DNA from: an uncultured Planctomycetia bacterium
Lineage (GTDB): Bacteria > Omnitrophota > Gorgyraeia > Pluralincolimonadales > Pluralincolimonadaceae
Assembly: GCA_964484255.1 (NCBI GenBank)
Contig: CAZAEH010000001.1
Span: 68,674-132,673, forward strand
Direction of reading: 5' to 3'
DNA: 64,000 nucleotides
Below, in pieces: positions 36,895-46,715 of this stretch. Numbering within the stretch: position 1 is the first letter of the stretch; each line of letters starts with the position of its first letter. The translations under genes and the position numbers were made by a program. Under the pieces are notes generated by a model. That model saw only the letters and a program-made list of their open reading frames with translations, had not been told where the DNA came from and did not search any database.

Positions 36895-39312
36895 TTATCC
36901 CAGATTGATCTTCAGGAGCACCGGACCTTCGTCGCTGTGCTTGAAGGGTATTATGGCCTCGCCGGACTTGTAGGAAAACTCGAGTTTCTTGCCGTCGGCG
37001 AATACTTGCTTGGGCTTCTTTTTAAAAGCAACCGTCAACTCACCTTCCGACCTCGGGTAACCGTGAAGTTCCATGTATACGGAACCGCCTTTTTCGAAAG
37101 CGCTCAAGACCTGCGATGTAGAAAAGATCATCCTGGCATCCGCTGCGCGGGAACCCTGGACAGGAACGCCTACAGGTATAAGCAACCCGCTCAAGGGCGC
37201 TACCGTCATCTCCTTCCCGTAAGGCATCTTCTTCTCTGTCCCGGAAACGGGATCGGCATAAGTTATATATCCGGATTCGGGCGTCCTGTAATAATTCGCT
37301 ATGAAAAGAAAGGCGTGCCCGTTTCCGAAAAACTCCTGTACAGTAAGCCTGCCGTTGGTCGACAGCGCATTCCCCCTGATATCGTCCATCTTCAGGATAC
37401 GCGAATAGGCCTCTATATTTTCCTGTACCGAATACCCGAACGCTGTCCCAAGCACCAAGGCCCAGCCGCTGCCGAAATGCTTTACAAAACCGCAAACGCT
37501 GTCATCGGCAAGGAGCGCTACCGGCTCGGCGGTCGACTCGTTGAAGACCTGCACCGGATTCAATACTGCCATCTCTTTCACATCAAAAAATTCTATGGTG
37601 GGCATGCGCGGGGATACCTCTTGCGCCTCCCCGATCTTGAGCGACTGCTTGATTATCTCACACGGTCTCATGGAAAGGTCATACTTCGGGACCCTTGGCA
37701 ATATAACAAGATGTCCTCCCCCCAAAACGTAATTAGAAAGGACCTTCTGGGATTCGGCGTCCATATATTCCAGCGACATGACCCAAGCCTGCTTATATTC
37801 CGACAGGTCCTTTGTTTTGACCAGCTCAAGGTCAAGTATGTCATAATCGCAATTGAGCATTTTAAGGACCTTGGCCATCCCCTCATAGAGTATATTATCT
37901 CTTATAGCCTTAGGGTTATAACTGAGTCCGATCTTTGGAAGATCGTACGAATCGACCAGTTCTGTACAATAATACGGCTTGTAAAAGAGCAGGGCCACTT
38001 TGGATCTCGCCTTCGCCTTACAGGTGAGTGTCCCGAAGGTCGATGCAAGTTTCCCGAACCTGCGTATTACCGGATAGAGCGGCGACTCCCTTCCTTCCCA
38101 ATCCAGGGGGGTCTGCCAATAAAAGGTCGGCCCGACGGCGGATTTGCCTTTCGGGTTCTTGCCCTGGGAGAACATGTAAAAATTCATGCCTGCGGCGCCG
38201 TAAGCCATGGACGACCTGTAGAACAGTTCGAGTTCATCCGGATACGTAACGACGTTATGCTCCCTGGTCCCCGCCTGCATTTCCGCTACAAATACGGGGC
38301 CCTTATTACCCTGCATGGCGCGGGCAAACTGCTGGATAATGGATACATCATGGAAATTCCTGTAAGAGACATTCTCAGGTATATGGTCTACGGCCAACAT
38401 TATCTTAGGATAGAGTTTGGCTACGTCCTGGTACATGGTTATATTCAGAGGAAACTCCACGGAACGACCCCATACCCATCCGGGAAGATTGTGCGTGAAA
38501 GGTACGGTAACCCCCCTCCTGGAAGCTTCTTTGCTGAGGTATTCAAGATATATGGCATAATAAAAGCGCCAAAACATGTGCCAATCTATGTCAGCAGCCA
38601 GTTCGGAAAGCTTGGATATGCTGCCTGAGGGCGCCGCGGCAGAAGAAAAACTCTTATACTTAGTCTTGTATATTGCATTGAGCCTGTTGATCTTCTTGTA
38701 TTTATCGGAAAGGAATTTCCTGTAATAATCCAGAGCTACGGGATTATAATCGGCTTCCTTGTCCAGCCATGTAAATACACCTATCTCATTGCAAACCTGC
38801 ATTGCGATTATTATACCGTTGGGTTTATTTATGCAGTTATTCCTGACTATCTCAAGAACCCTGTCATACCAGAGCTTCGCGTACTTAAGGTAAACAGGAT
38901 GCATCAGGGTAACACGAGCGTGCCCGAACGGCTTTCCTTCCTTGTTCAGTGAAAGTATCTCGGGGTGCGTGGAAAGAAGCCACTGCGGTAATCCGTGGTC
39001 CATGTATTCCGCCAGAATATACGGACCCGGCTTGACTATAAGCTGAAGGCCGTTCTTCTTGCATAACTCGATAAAGCCGAGAAGGTTCCTTTGTGGATTG
39101 GTGTGCCCGGAAAAATCGAACTTTCCCTCTTCATACTCATGCCAATCCCACGGAATATACGTACTTACCGTATTAAGATTGGCAGCTTTGGCCTTTTTAA
39201 GGTGGGACGGCCAGTTCTCGGGTTTTATCCTGAAATAATGTATCTCACCCGAATAGATATAGGTATCTTCCTGGCCCAGTTTGAAGCTGTTTTCGGTGAA
39301 CTTAAAATCCAT
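36895..39312 (-). CDS. GH35-family beta-galactosidase
   Basis: GEIHYFRI...NTVSTYIPWDWHE...KPGPYILAEY conserved GH35 pattern. Confidence 0.75.
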   Translation of the reverse strand: MDFKFTENSFKLGQEDTYIYSGEIHYFRIKPENWPSHLKKAKAANLNTVSTYIPWDWHEYEEGKFDFSGHTNPQRNLLGFIELCKKNGLQLIVKPGPYILAEYMDHGLPQWLLSTHPEILSLNKEGKPFGHARVTLMHPVYLKYAKLWYDRVLEIVRNNCINKPNGIIIAMQVCNEIGVFTWLDKEADYNPVALDYYRKFLSDKYKKINRLNAIYKTKYKSFSSAAAPSGSISKLSELAADIDWHMFWRFYYAIYLEYLSKEASRRGVTVPFTHNLPGWVWGRSVEFPLNITMYQDVAKLYPKIMLAVDHIPENVSYRNFHDVSIIQQFARAMQGNKGPVFVAEMQAGTREHNVVTYPDELELFYRSSMAYGAAGMNFYMFSQGKNPKGKSAVGPTFYWQTPLDWEGRESPLYPVIRRFGKLASTFGTLTCKAKARSKVALLFYKPYYCTELVDSYDLPKIGLSYNPKAIRDNILYEGMAKVLKMLNCDYDILDLELVKTKDLSEYKQAWVMSLEYMDAESQKVLSNYVLGGGHLVILPRVPKYDLSMRPCEIIKQSLKIGEAQEVSPRMPTIEFFDVKEMAVLNPVQVFNESTAEPVALLADDSVCGFVKHFGSGWALVLGTAFGYSVQENIEAYSRILKMDDIRGNALSTNGRLTVQEFFGNGHAFLFIANYYRTPESGYITYADPVSGTEKKMPYGKEMTVAPLSGLLIPVGVPVQGSRAADARMIFSTSQVLSAFEKGGSVYMELHGYPRSEGELTVAFKKKPKQVFADGKKLEFSYKSGEAIIPFKHSDEGPVLLKINLG

Positions 39313-39318
39313 TATGGC

Positions 39319-39999
39319 TTAGTCTCTCGCAAAACCTATGTTATCCAAATAGATGGCGCCGGTTTTCGGCCTTGAGACAGAATCCTCGAAGACAACAGTG
39401 AACTCGGTCAGCTTACTAAAATCATTCATGCCCTGGAAACTCGAAAAAGGGACCTCTATCGGAGCCCAGGTACCGCTTATCTGGGTAATATACGCCTTGC
39501 CCGTCTCTCCTTGGGCATTCTTAAGTTCTATCTTTACCTTCTGCGGATATCCTTTGGCATCATCGCCTTTTATATACATTACCAGCTTATCATAGGCCGA
39601 AGCGTCAATATCTTTCAATTTCATCCAAAATCCATTATATGCAGGGTTTGGCGAATCCACGTCATAATCCAGTTCCAGGCAAAAACCGTCTTTCCCGTAT
39701 TTCTGGTCCGGATTAAGGGTCATCCTGGCACCTTGGGTCGTATCCCCGGGGTCTTTGTCCCAGGAACCAAAATCCCCTCCTATATTGTTAGGTTTGGTCC
39801 CTGAATCAAAATCGGATATTATTATTTCCTTACGGACCTCTTCGCAAACTACTTCAGGGATCTCTTCTCGAACTTCGGGTTTCGGAACTTCTATAGGCGC
39901 TGCGGGTTCAGGAGCGGGTGCTTCGGGCTTTTTTTGCGAACAGCCGATAACGGCCAGGGAAAGCACTAAGGCGCTAAGGACAAAAAAGCTTCTCCTCAT
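39319..39999 (-). CDS. CBM-like beta-sandwich lipoprotein, family B paralog
   Basis: Lipobox VIGCSQ. Same motifs as 29343-29924. Confidence 0.75.
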   Translation of the reverse strand: MRRSFFVLSALVLSLAVIGCSQKKPEAPAPEPAAPIEVPKPEVREEIPEVVCEEVRKEIIISDFDSGTKPNNIGGDFGSWDKDPGDTTQGARMTLNPDQKYGKDGFCLELDYDVDSPNPAYNGFWMKLKDIDASAYDKLVMYIKGDDAKGYPQKVKIELKNAQGETGKAYITQISGTWAPIEVPFSSFQGMNDFSKLTEFTVVFEDSVSRPKTGAIYLDNIGFARD

Positions 40000-40107
40000 A
40001 GATCTTTCGCTCCTTTTTTGCTACGATTTCAAAAATATGGCTAACTTACAAAAATCTTTTTACGATTATATTATAAAACCTTATTAAAGTCAACCTTAAA
40101 ATAAGCT

Positions 40108-40836
40108 TTATTTCCCCTTTTCCAATTCATCGGTAAGTATTATAGCTTCCGCTATTTGCCGCATGGTCTTGCGGAGGCTCATGGCCTGCTTCTGTATCCT
40201 CCTAAAAGCATCTTCCTCGCTAAGACCCTTACGCATAAGTATCCCTTTTGCCCTCTCCACGATCTTCCTGGTCTCGAGCTCTTCCTGGATTATCTTTGAT
40301 TTTACCATCAGCTGGGCGTTCTCAATGGCCACCGCCGCCTGGTTCGCCACAGCGGTAAGAACATTGGTCTCGGTCTTGGTGAACTTGTGGGGCGCGGAAG
40401 TATAGACATTCAATACGCCTATGACCTTTCCCTTGACGGACATGGGCACAGACAGAAGGGAGCAGATCTTCTCTTTTCTTGCTATCTCCCTGTTGATGTA
40501 TCTTTCATCTTCGCGAACGTCGGAAGCGACTATAGGTTTTCCGTCCTTAGCCACCATCCCGGCGATACCTTCGCCTATTTTTATGTTGGGCTTCTTATTG
40601 TATGCCTCACTTACGCTCTGGGTAGCGCGGATTACCAGTTCGCCTTTCTGCTCATCAACGAGCATGAGCGAGCATATGTTGGAATCCATAAGCTCGGCAG
40701 TGACCATGACAATAAGCTTGAGTATGTCTTCAAGATAAAGGTTAGAGGTTATCGTCTGGCTTATCTTGGAGAGGGCTTCTATGTGCCTCTCATAAGCCGA
40801 CGGCTTCTGTGCCCTTGCCGCAGGTTTTCGCTTCAT
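40108..40836 (-). CDS. GAF plus ANTAR domain RNA-binding antitermination regulator
   Basis: C-terminal ANTAR motif IVERAKGILMRKGLSEEDAFRRIQKQAMSLRKTMRQIAEAI. Confidence 0.8.
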   Translation of the reverse strand: MKRKPAARAQKPSAYERHIEALSKISQTITSNLYLEDILKLIVMVTAELMDSNICSLMLVDEQKGELVIRATQSVSEAYNKKPNIKIGEGIAGMVAKDGKPIVASDVREDERYINREIARKEKICSLLSVPMSVKGKVIGVLNVYTSAPHKFTKTETNVLTAVANQAAVAIENAQLMVKSKIIQEELETRKIVERAKGILMRKGLSEEDAFRRIQKQAMSLRKTMRQIAEAIILTDELEKGK

Positions 40837-42173
40837 AGTATAGACAGGTACTCCTTTATTTCATAGTCCGTAACCCGGGCCCTGTATTTGTCCCACTCTA
40901 TCTTCTTGTTCTCGATAAACGTGGTAAAGGCATGGTCCCCGAGAGCTTTCTTTACGACAGAACTCTTCTCGGTCTCGAGGATAGCCTCATACAAATCACC
41001 CGGGAGCGGACGTATTCCCCTCTTGGCCCTCTCGTCCGGAGTGAGCTCAAAAACATTCTCTTCTGTAGGGGGGATCAATTCATAGTTCTTTTCGATACCT
41101 TCAAGCCCGGCGGCAAGCATCACGCTGAAGGCAAGATACGGATTGCAGGCCGGGTCCGGCGAACGGTACTCCACGCGCGTTGCCTTTTCTTTCCCAACCT
41201 TGTATTCAGGTATCCTGACAAGCGTGGAACGGTTCTTCTTCGCCCAAGCTATATAAACAGGTGCTTCATAACCCGGCACAAGCCTCTTGTATGAATTGAC
41301 CCATTGGCTTGTAACCGCAGTTATCTCGCGCGAATGTTTGAGAAGTCCCGCGATATAGGACTTGGCGATCTTAGAAAGATGGAATTTATCCTTGGCGTCA
41401 AAGAAGGCGTTCTTGTCTCCCTTGAACAACGACTGGTGGACATGCATACCGGAACCGTTCATGCCAAAAACGGGTTTCGGCATAAAGGTCGCATATACGC
41501 CAAAACGTTGGGCAACTTCCTTTACTACTACACGGTAAGTCATGGCGGCATCGGCCATAGTCAGGGCATCGGTATACCTGAGGTCTATCTCATGCTGGCT
41601 GGGAGATACCTCGTGATGGCTGTATTCCACGCCGATCCCCATCGCCTCAAGCATCAGAACGGTATCGCGCCTCAGGTCGGCGGCCGGATCGGGCGGGATC
41701 AGGTCGAAATACCCGCCGGCATCGAGCGGTTCCGTCCCGTTGTTGTCCTTGAAATAAAAGAATTCCAGCTCCGGGCCCACGTAGAAGGTAAACCCAAGCT
41801 TTGCGGCGCGTTTCAGGTTCTGCTTGAGGATATACCTCGGGTCTCCGGTGAACGGGGTCCCGTCAGGCCTGACAATATCGCAAAACATCCTGGCAACCGC
41901 AAACTCATCCTTCGGTCTCCACGGAAGCAGGACAAAGGTGCTCGGATCGGGCCTGGCCATCATGTCCGACTCATCTATGCGCGCGAAACCTTCTATCGAA
42001 GAACCGTCAAAACCCATACCCTCTTCAAGGGCCCCTTCAAGTTCCTCGACGGTTATGGCGAAGGATTTGACAAAACCCAGGATATCCGTGAACCAGAGCC
42101 TGATGAACTTCACGTTGGCCTCTTTGGCCATCTTCAACACATATTCCTTGTCCTTGACTATTCTTGCTGGCAT
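40833..42173 (-). CDS. glnA: Glutamine synthetase type I
   Basis: 446 aa. Conserved GS N- and C-domain motifs. Confidence 0.9.
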   Translation of the reverse strand: MPARIVKDKEYVLKMAKEANVKFIRLWFTDILGFVKSFAITVEELEGALEEGMGFDGSSIEGFARIDESDMMARPDPSTFVLLPWRPKDEFAVARMFCDIVRPDGTPFTGDPRYILKQNLKRAAKLGFTFYVGPELEFFYFKDNNGTEPLDAGGYFDLIPPDPAADLRRDTVLMLEAMGIGVEYSHHEVSPSQHEIDLRYTDALTMADAAMTYRVVVKEVAQRFGVYATFMPKPVFGMNGSGMHVHQSLFKGDKNAFFDAKDKFHLSKIAKSYIAGLLKHSREITAVTSQWVNSYKRLVPGYEAPVYIAWAKKNRSTLVRIPEYKVGKEKATRVEYRSPDPACNPYLAFSVMLAAGLEGIEKNYELIPPTEENVFELTPDERAKRGIRPLPGDLYEAILETEKSSVVKKALGDHAFTTFIENKKIEWDKYRARVTDYEIKEYLSIL

Positions 42174-42187
42174 TTTACGTCTCCTTT

Positions 42188-43906
42188 TTAATATCTGTTG
42201 GTTATCGGGATGCGGCGGTCCCTGCCGAAAGCCTTCGGGGTTATCTTGACACCCGGGGGGCTCTGGCGTCTCTTGTATTCGTTCTTGTCGACCATATTAA
42301 TGACCTTCTTTACCACTTTCGGGTCAAAACGCTGGGCGACTATCTCATTCGCGGACCTGTCCTCTTCCACATAAAGCTTGAGTATGGCATCGAGAAGGTG
42401 ATACGGCGGCAGGGAATCCTGGTCCTTTTGGTTTGGCCTGAGTTCGGCCGTAGGAGGCCTCTTGATGGTAGTAACCGGTATTATCTCTTTCCTTGCCACG
42501 GCATTCCTGTACTCCGCAAGCTGGTAGACGGTCATCTTCGGCACGTCTTTCAACACCGCAAACCCTCCGGCCATGTCCCCGTAAAGAGTGCAATATCCGG
42601 TGGACATTTCACTCTTGTTGCCGGTGGTAAGCACCAGCCAATCGAATTTATTTGATAAGGCCATCAGCATGTTGCCGCGTATCCTGGCCTGTAGGTTCTC
42701 CTCCGCTATATTAGGTTTCGCATCCTTGAATTCTTTTTTAAGGAGCCTCATATACGACTGGTATAATACATTTATTGGGATAGTTATGACTTTAAGTCCC
42801 AGGTGCTTGGCAACAGCTATTGCATCGGCGCGGGTCTCTTCCTTCGTATACATCGAGGGCATGGTAACTGCAGCTACATTGTCTTTCCCCATTGCATCGG
42901 CGGCTATGCACGCTACAAGAGCGGAATCTATGCCTCCGCTGACACCGAGAACAGCTTTCTTAAAACCGTTCTTCAGGACATAATCCCTTGTACCGGCCAC
43001 CAGGGCCTTGTAGATCTCTTCTACGCTGCCGAGTTTCTCGGTCCTGTGCGGAGGGAACGGAGGGCGGATCTTGACCTCACACCTCTTGAGGGACAGTTCC
43101 CTGGTCTTATACGCCAGGGCACCATTCTTCTTTTTCGGTGCTTTCCTGTATTTGAGATATTCTTCCGCGTTGAGGTCAAAAAGAACTATATCTTCCTCAA
43201 ATTGCTTACCCCTGGCAAGAACGGACCCTTTCCAGCCTATTATCATGCTTCCGCCGTCAAAAACCAGTTCATCCTGTCCGCCCACAAGGTTATTATAGAA
43301 TATTATGGAAGCGGTCTCGCGAGCTCGTTCGACCAGCATGTTCTCGCGTTCCTGCAGCTTGCCCGAATGATACGGGGAAGCTGATATATTTATGATCACC
43401 TGGGCGCCCATCTCCATGGCCGCGAAATTGGCCGGCCCTGCGCCTTCCCATATGTCTTCGCATATATTTACGCCTATCTTAAGCCCCTCCAGCTTGAAAG
43501 CGAATGTCTCGTTCCCGGCATTAAAATAGCGTTTTTCGTCAAAAACACCGTAATTCGGTAGGAGTATCTTATGGTATATATGGAGCAGTTCTTTATCGCG
43601 TATAAGAGCGGCCGAATTGTAGATGCCATCCTTGCCCTTATCAAGACAACCGACTATTACTATTATATTATCCGCTTTATGCGCTATATCATTGAGGGCC
43701 TTCATGGCGTCATCTACGAATTGGGGCTTCAAAAGCAGGTCTTCGGGAGGATACCCTGTCAATGCCAGTTCAGGTAGGATAACCACGTCGCAACCCAATG
43801 ATCTTGCGTCACTTATGGATTTAATGATCTTTTCCTTATTACCCTGAAGGTCGCCCACGGTAGGGTTTACCTGGGCCATGGCAAAGCGGATCGGGTCCAT
43901 TTTCAC
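42188..43906 (-). CDS. nadE: Glutamine-dependent NAD+ synthetase (N-terminal CN-hydrolase domain)
   Basis: 572 aa. Nitrilase domain plus the GVSGGIDS PP-loop. Confidence 0.9.
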   Translation of the reverse strand: MKMDPIRFAMAQVNPTVGDLQGNKEKIIKSISDARSLGCDVVILPELALTGYPPEDLLLKPQFVDDAMKALNDIAHKADNIIVIVGCLDKGKDGIYNSAALIRDKELLHIYHKILLPNYGVFDEKRYFNAGNETFAFKLEGLKIGVNICEDIWEGAGPANFAAMEMGAQVIINISASPYHSGKLQERENMLVERARETASIIFYNNLVGGQDELVFDGGSMIIGWKGSVLARGKQFEEDIVLFDLNAEEYLKYRKAPKKKNGALAYKTRELSLKRCEVKIRPPFPPHRTEKLGSVEEIYKALVAGTRDYVLKNGFKKAVLGVSGGIDSALVACIAADAMGKDNVAAVTMPSMYTKEETRADAIAVAKHLGLKVITIPINVLYQSYMRLLKKEFKDAKPNIAEENLQARIRGNMLMALSNKFDWLVLTTGNKSEMSTGYCTLYGDMAGGFAVLKDVPKMTVYQLAEYRNAVARKEIIPVTTIKRPPTAELRPNQKDQDSLPPYHLLDAILKLYVEEDRSANEIVAQRFDPKVVKKVINMVDKNEYKRRQSPPGVKITPKAFGRDRRIPITNRY

Positions 43907-43961
43907 CTCTCTAATTTGGCCTTTTATTATACCAAAAAAGCGCTAAAAAGCAAGTAAAGAA

Positions 43962-43975
43962 ATTCTGTTGATTTT
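43962..43975. promoter_or_regulatory. Perfect 14-bp palindrome TTTTGGTACCAAAA in the divergent promoter region
   Basis: Lies between the nadE start and the plus-strand gene. ACCAAAAA occurs three times nearby. Confidence 0.3.
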
Positions 43976-44016
43976 GGTACCAAAAACGTATAAAATCACC
44001 AAAAAGGGACATTCTC

Positions 44017-44766
44017 ATGAAAAAAATCATTATTTTGTCTGTTGTATCGATACTCTTCAGCGCAAATCTTTGGGCGGATACTTTAATTTTCAAATCGGGT
44101 AAGACCGTAGACGGGGATATCAAGTCTATTACCGGCAATACCGTCACTATGGATATATACGGGGTCACCGAAATGACCTACGACCTTTCCGAGATTGAAT
44201 CGATCAATGGAAAACCGATAATGGCAGAAGATGTTGAAAGTGCTCCTGCGCAGTTGAAAGAGCCGCAGTCCAAAATCGCTATAGACCACGAGCAAAAGTT
44301 CTCCCAGGAATCGCAAACGGTAACCGCTGCGGATACTGCAGCATTCTTAGCGATCTTTCTTGGCATAATTCTGGCGATCTTGCTGTTCTTCCATGTCTTC
44401 TTTGCTTTATGCCTTCAATTAATAGCCATAAAGACCTGCACACAGCCGTCTTGGTTGGCGTGGATACCGGTAGCAAACCTGTTCCTTATGTGTAAAATAG
44501 GCGGTTTAAGCTATTTTTGGCTGCTCGCTTTATTTGTGCCGTTCCTGAACCTGGTCGTCACTATCTACATGTGGTGCAGGATATCCGAGGCAAGGGGTAA
44601 ACCGGGGATTTTGTCGCTGCTGTTACTTGTGCCTATAGCAAACCTTATATTTGTCGTATATTTGGCCTTCTCCGGGAGTAAAAAAGGGACGGTCCCGTCA
44701 CCTGTTAAAGGTGAGGAGCCAGCAAGCCCTTATCAGAACCGCCCCTATAACCCGCCTCTCGAATAA
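44017..44766 (+). CDS. Hypothetical membrane protein with signal peptide (the only convincing plus-strand gene)
   Basis: Long ORF in a gap between minus-strand genes. Hydrophobic C-terminal half. Confidence 0.5.
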   Translation: MKKIIILSVVSILFSANLWADTLIFKSGKTVDGDIKSITGNTVTMDIYGVTEMTYDLSEIESINGKPIMAEDVESAPAQLKEPQSKIAIDHEQKFSQESQTVTAADTAAFLAIFLGIILAILLFFHVFFALCLQLIAIKTCTQPSWLAWIPVANLFLMCKIGGLSYFWLLALFVPFLNLVVTIYMWCRISEARGKPGILSLLLLVPIANLIFVVYLAFSGSKKGTVPSPVKGEEPASPYQNRPYNPPLE

Positions 44767-44769
44767 CTA

Positions 44770-46272
44770 TCAGATATCGAAGTAAAGGTAGAACTCGTAG
44801 GGATGCGGACGCATCCTGACGGCATCTATCTCCTTCTTCCTCTTGTATTCGATCCAGATGTCTATTACGTCCTTGGTAAATACGCCGCCCTTGAGCAGGT
44901 AATCGTGGTCCGCCTCAAGCGCATCGATGGAGCGGCGCAGCGATGACGGGACGGTCGGTATCTTAGACATCTCTTCCTCTCCCAGCTCAAAGAGGTCCTT
45001 ATCGGTAGGCTTGCCCGGATCGATCTTGTTCTGGATACCGTCCAAACCGGCCATGAGCATGGCAGCAAACGCTATATAACCGTTGCATGACGGGTCCGGC
45101 GGCCTGAACTCGATCCTCTTGGATTTCGGGCTGTCGCTGTACATAGGTATACGTACTGCGGCGGAACGGTTACGGGCCGAATAGACAAGGTTAACAGGCG
45201 CTTCGTAGCCCGGGACAAGCCTCTTATAAGAGTTCGTGGTCGGGGCGCAGAATGCCATAAGGCTATTCGCGTGCTTGAGCAGCCCGCCGATGTAATACTT
45301 GGCGGTCTGGCTCAGGAGCGCGTAGCCGTTCTTGTCATAAAACAGGTTAACGCCGTTCTTCCACAAACTCTGGTGGCAATGCATACCGGAACCGTTATCT
45401 GCAAAGAGCGGCTTCGGCATGAAAGTAGCTACCATCCCGGCTTTCCTGGCCATATTCTTGATTATGTACTTGTACATAAGCAGGCTGTCGGCCATCTTAG
45501 TGAGTTTATCGAACTTTATGTCGATTTCGCACTGTCCGGCGGTAGCAACCTCATGATGATGGACCTCAATGTTGACACCGGCTTCCTTCATCTTGAGTAT
45601 CATCCTGCTCCTCAGGTCCTGCAAGGTGTCATGCGGCGGAACGGGGAAGTATCCTTCCTTGTAACGGATCTTGTATCCGAGGTTCGGCTCTTCTTTGCGT
45701 CCGGTATTCCAGTCACCTTCGTTGGAATCCACGAAATAATAGCCTGAATTCTCGTTCTGGTCGAAACGCACGTCATTAAAAAGGAAGAACTCGGCTTCCG
45801 GCCCAAAATAGATACTGTCGGCTATTCCGGTATCCTTGAGGTACTTCTCTGCTTTCCTCGCTATGTAACGCGGATCGCGCGAATACGGCTTGCGTGTAAG
45901 CGGGTCATAGATGTCGCATAGTATGCTGACCGTCGGCACCTCACAAACAGGATCGATCACTGCGCTCGTCGGGTCCGGGATAAGGATCATGTCGGATTCC
46001 TGTATCTTCTGGAAACCGCGTATCGAGGAACCGTCGAAACCTATACCATCGACCCATATGGAGTGGGTGATATCGTCCATCTCCTTGATCTCTGAAGCGG
46101 GTATGGTAAAATGCTGCCAAAGACCGGGAAGGTCGTTGAACTTCAGGTCGACCATCTTGATGTCTTTTTCCTTGATCAACTTTATCACGTCGCGGGCGGC
46201 TTTCTCATTGAACGAGCCGTTCGCCAACGGATTGGCTGTCTTGACTTCCTTCACTTCCTTCTTCTTTGCCAT
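44770..46272 (-). CDS. Glutamine synthetase, second copy (500 aa form)
   Basis: GS catalytic motifs. Paralog of 40833-42173. Confidence 0.85.
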   Translation of the reverse strand: MAKKKEVKEVKTANPLANGSFNEKAARDVIKLIKEKDIKMVDLKFNDLPGLWQHFTIPASEIKEMDDITHSIWVDGIGFDGSSIRGFQKIQESDMILIPDPTSAVIDPVCEVPTVSILCDIYDPLTRKPYSRDPRYIARKAEKYLKDTGIADSIYFGPEAEFFLFNDVRFDQNENSGYYFVDSNEGDWNTGRKEEPNLGYKIRYKEGYFPVPPHDTLQDLRSRMILKMKEAGVNIEVHHHEVATAGQCEIDIKFDKLTKMADSLLMYKYIIKNMARKAGMVATFMPKPLFADNGSGMHCHQSLWKNGVNLFYDKNGYALLSQTAKYYIGGLLKHANSLMAFCAPTTNSYKRLVPGYEAPVNLVYSARNRSAAVRIPMYSDSPKSKRIEFRPPDPSCNGYIAFAAMLMAGLDGIQNKIDPGKPTDKDLFELGEEEMSKIPTVPSSLRRSIDALEADHDYLLKGGVFTKDVIDIWIEYKRKKEIDAVRMRPHPYEFYLYFDI

Positions 46273-46318
46273 GCTGGCTTCCTCCTTTTATTTTGTGCAA
46301 AAAGTATACAACCCTATT

Positions 46319-46348
46319 GTTAAATCCATATTACAGGAATGTTAAATC
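46319..46348 (-). promoter_or_regulatory. Direct repeat GATTTAAC(A) x2 with 22-bp spacing upstream of the GS gene
   Basis: Minus sense: GATTTAACA-N13-GGATTTAACA, 47-76 nt upstream of the ATG. Confidence 0.5.
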
Positions 46349-46361
46349 TCCGGGGATGGTT

Positions 46362-46709
46362 TTACCCTATTGCCGGACAGCCTTTCTCGCCCGTCCTTAT
46401 CCTGATGCACTCGGGCATCTCCAGGACAAAGATCTTCCCGTCGCCTACATGTCCCGTGCGGGCGCCTTCCAGTATTGCGTCTACGGCAGGTTTAACGAAA
46501 TCGTCGTTGACGGCGATCTCAAGCTTCACCTTCTTGAGAAGGCTGCCTGCCTCTTTATGGCTCCTGTAAACCTCTGAAATGCCTTTCTGGCGGCCTCGGC
46601 CCATGACCGGAGTGACGGTCACAAGATGTATCTCCTTCTCCTCGAGCCTGGTAAGCACTTCATCGAGCCGGTCAGGCTGCACAATGGCAATTAAATATTT
46701 CATTATCAT
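46362..46709 (-). CDS. glnK: P-II nitrogen regulatory protein
   Basis: Conserved P-II fold sequence. Confidence 0.9.
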   Translation of the reverse strand: MIMKYLIAIVQPDRLDEVLTRLEEKEIHLVTVTPVMGRGRQKGISEVYRSHKEAGSLLKKVKLEIAVNDDFVKPAVDAILEGARTGHVGDGKIFVLEMPECIRIRTGEKGCPAIG

Positions 46710-46715
46710 CCCTCC

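Noticed and set aside
36889-38628. 579-aa plus-strand ORF (and similar long plus-strand ORFs at 33526-34677, 61653-62807, 16618-17505, 2341-3084)
   Set aside because: They lie entirely antisense to minus-strand genes with strong, specific homology (GH35, ROK, pth/rplY, HlyD, GH). Their translations are low-complexity, Arg/Ser/Pro-rich shadow sequences with no RBS.
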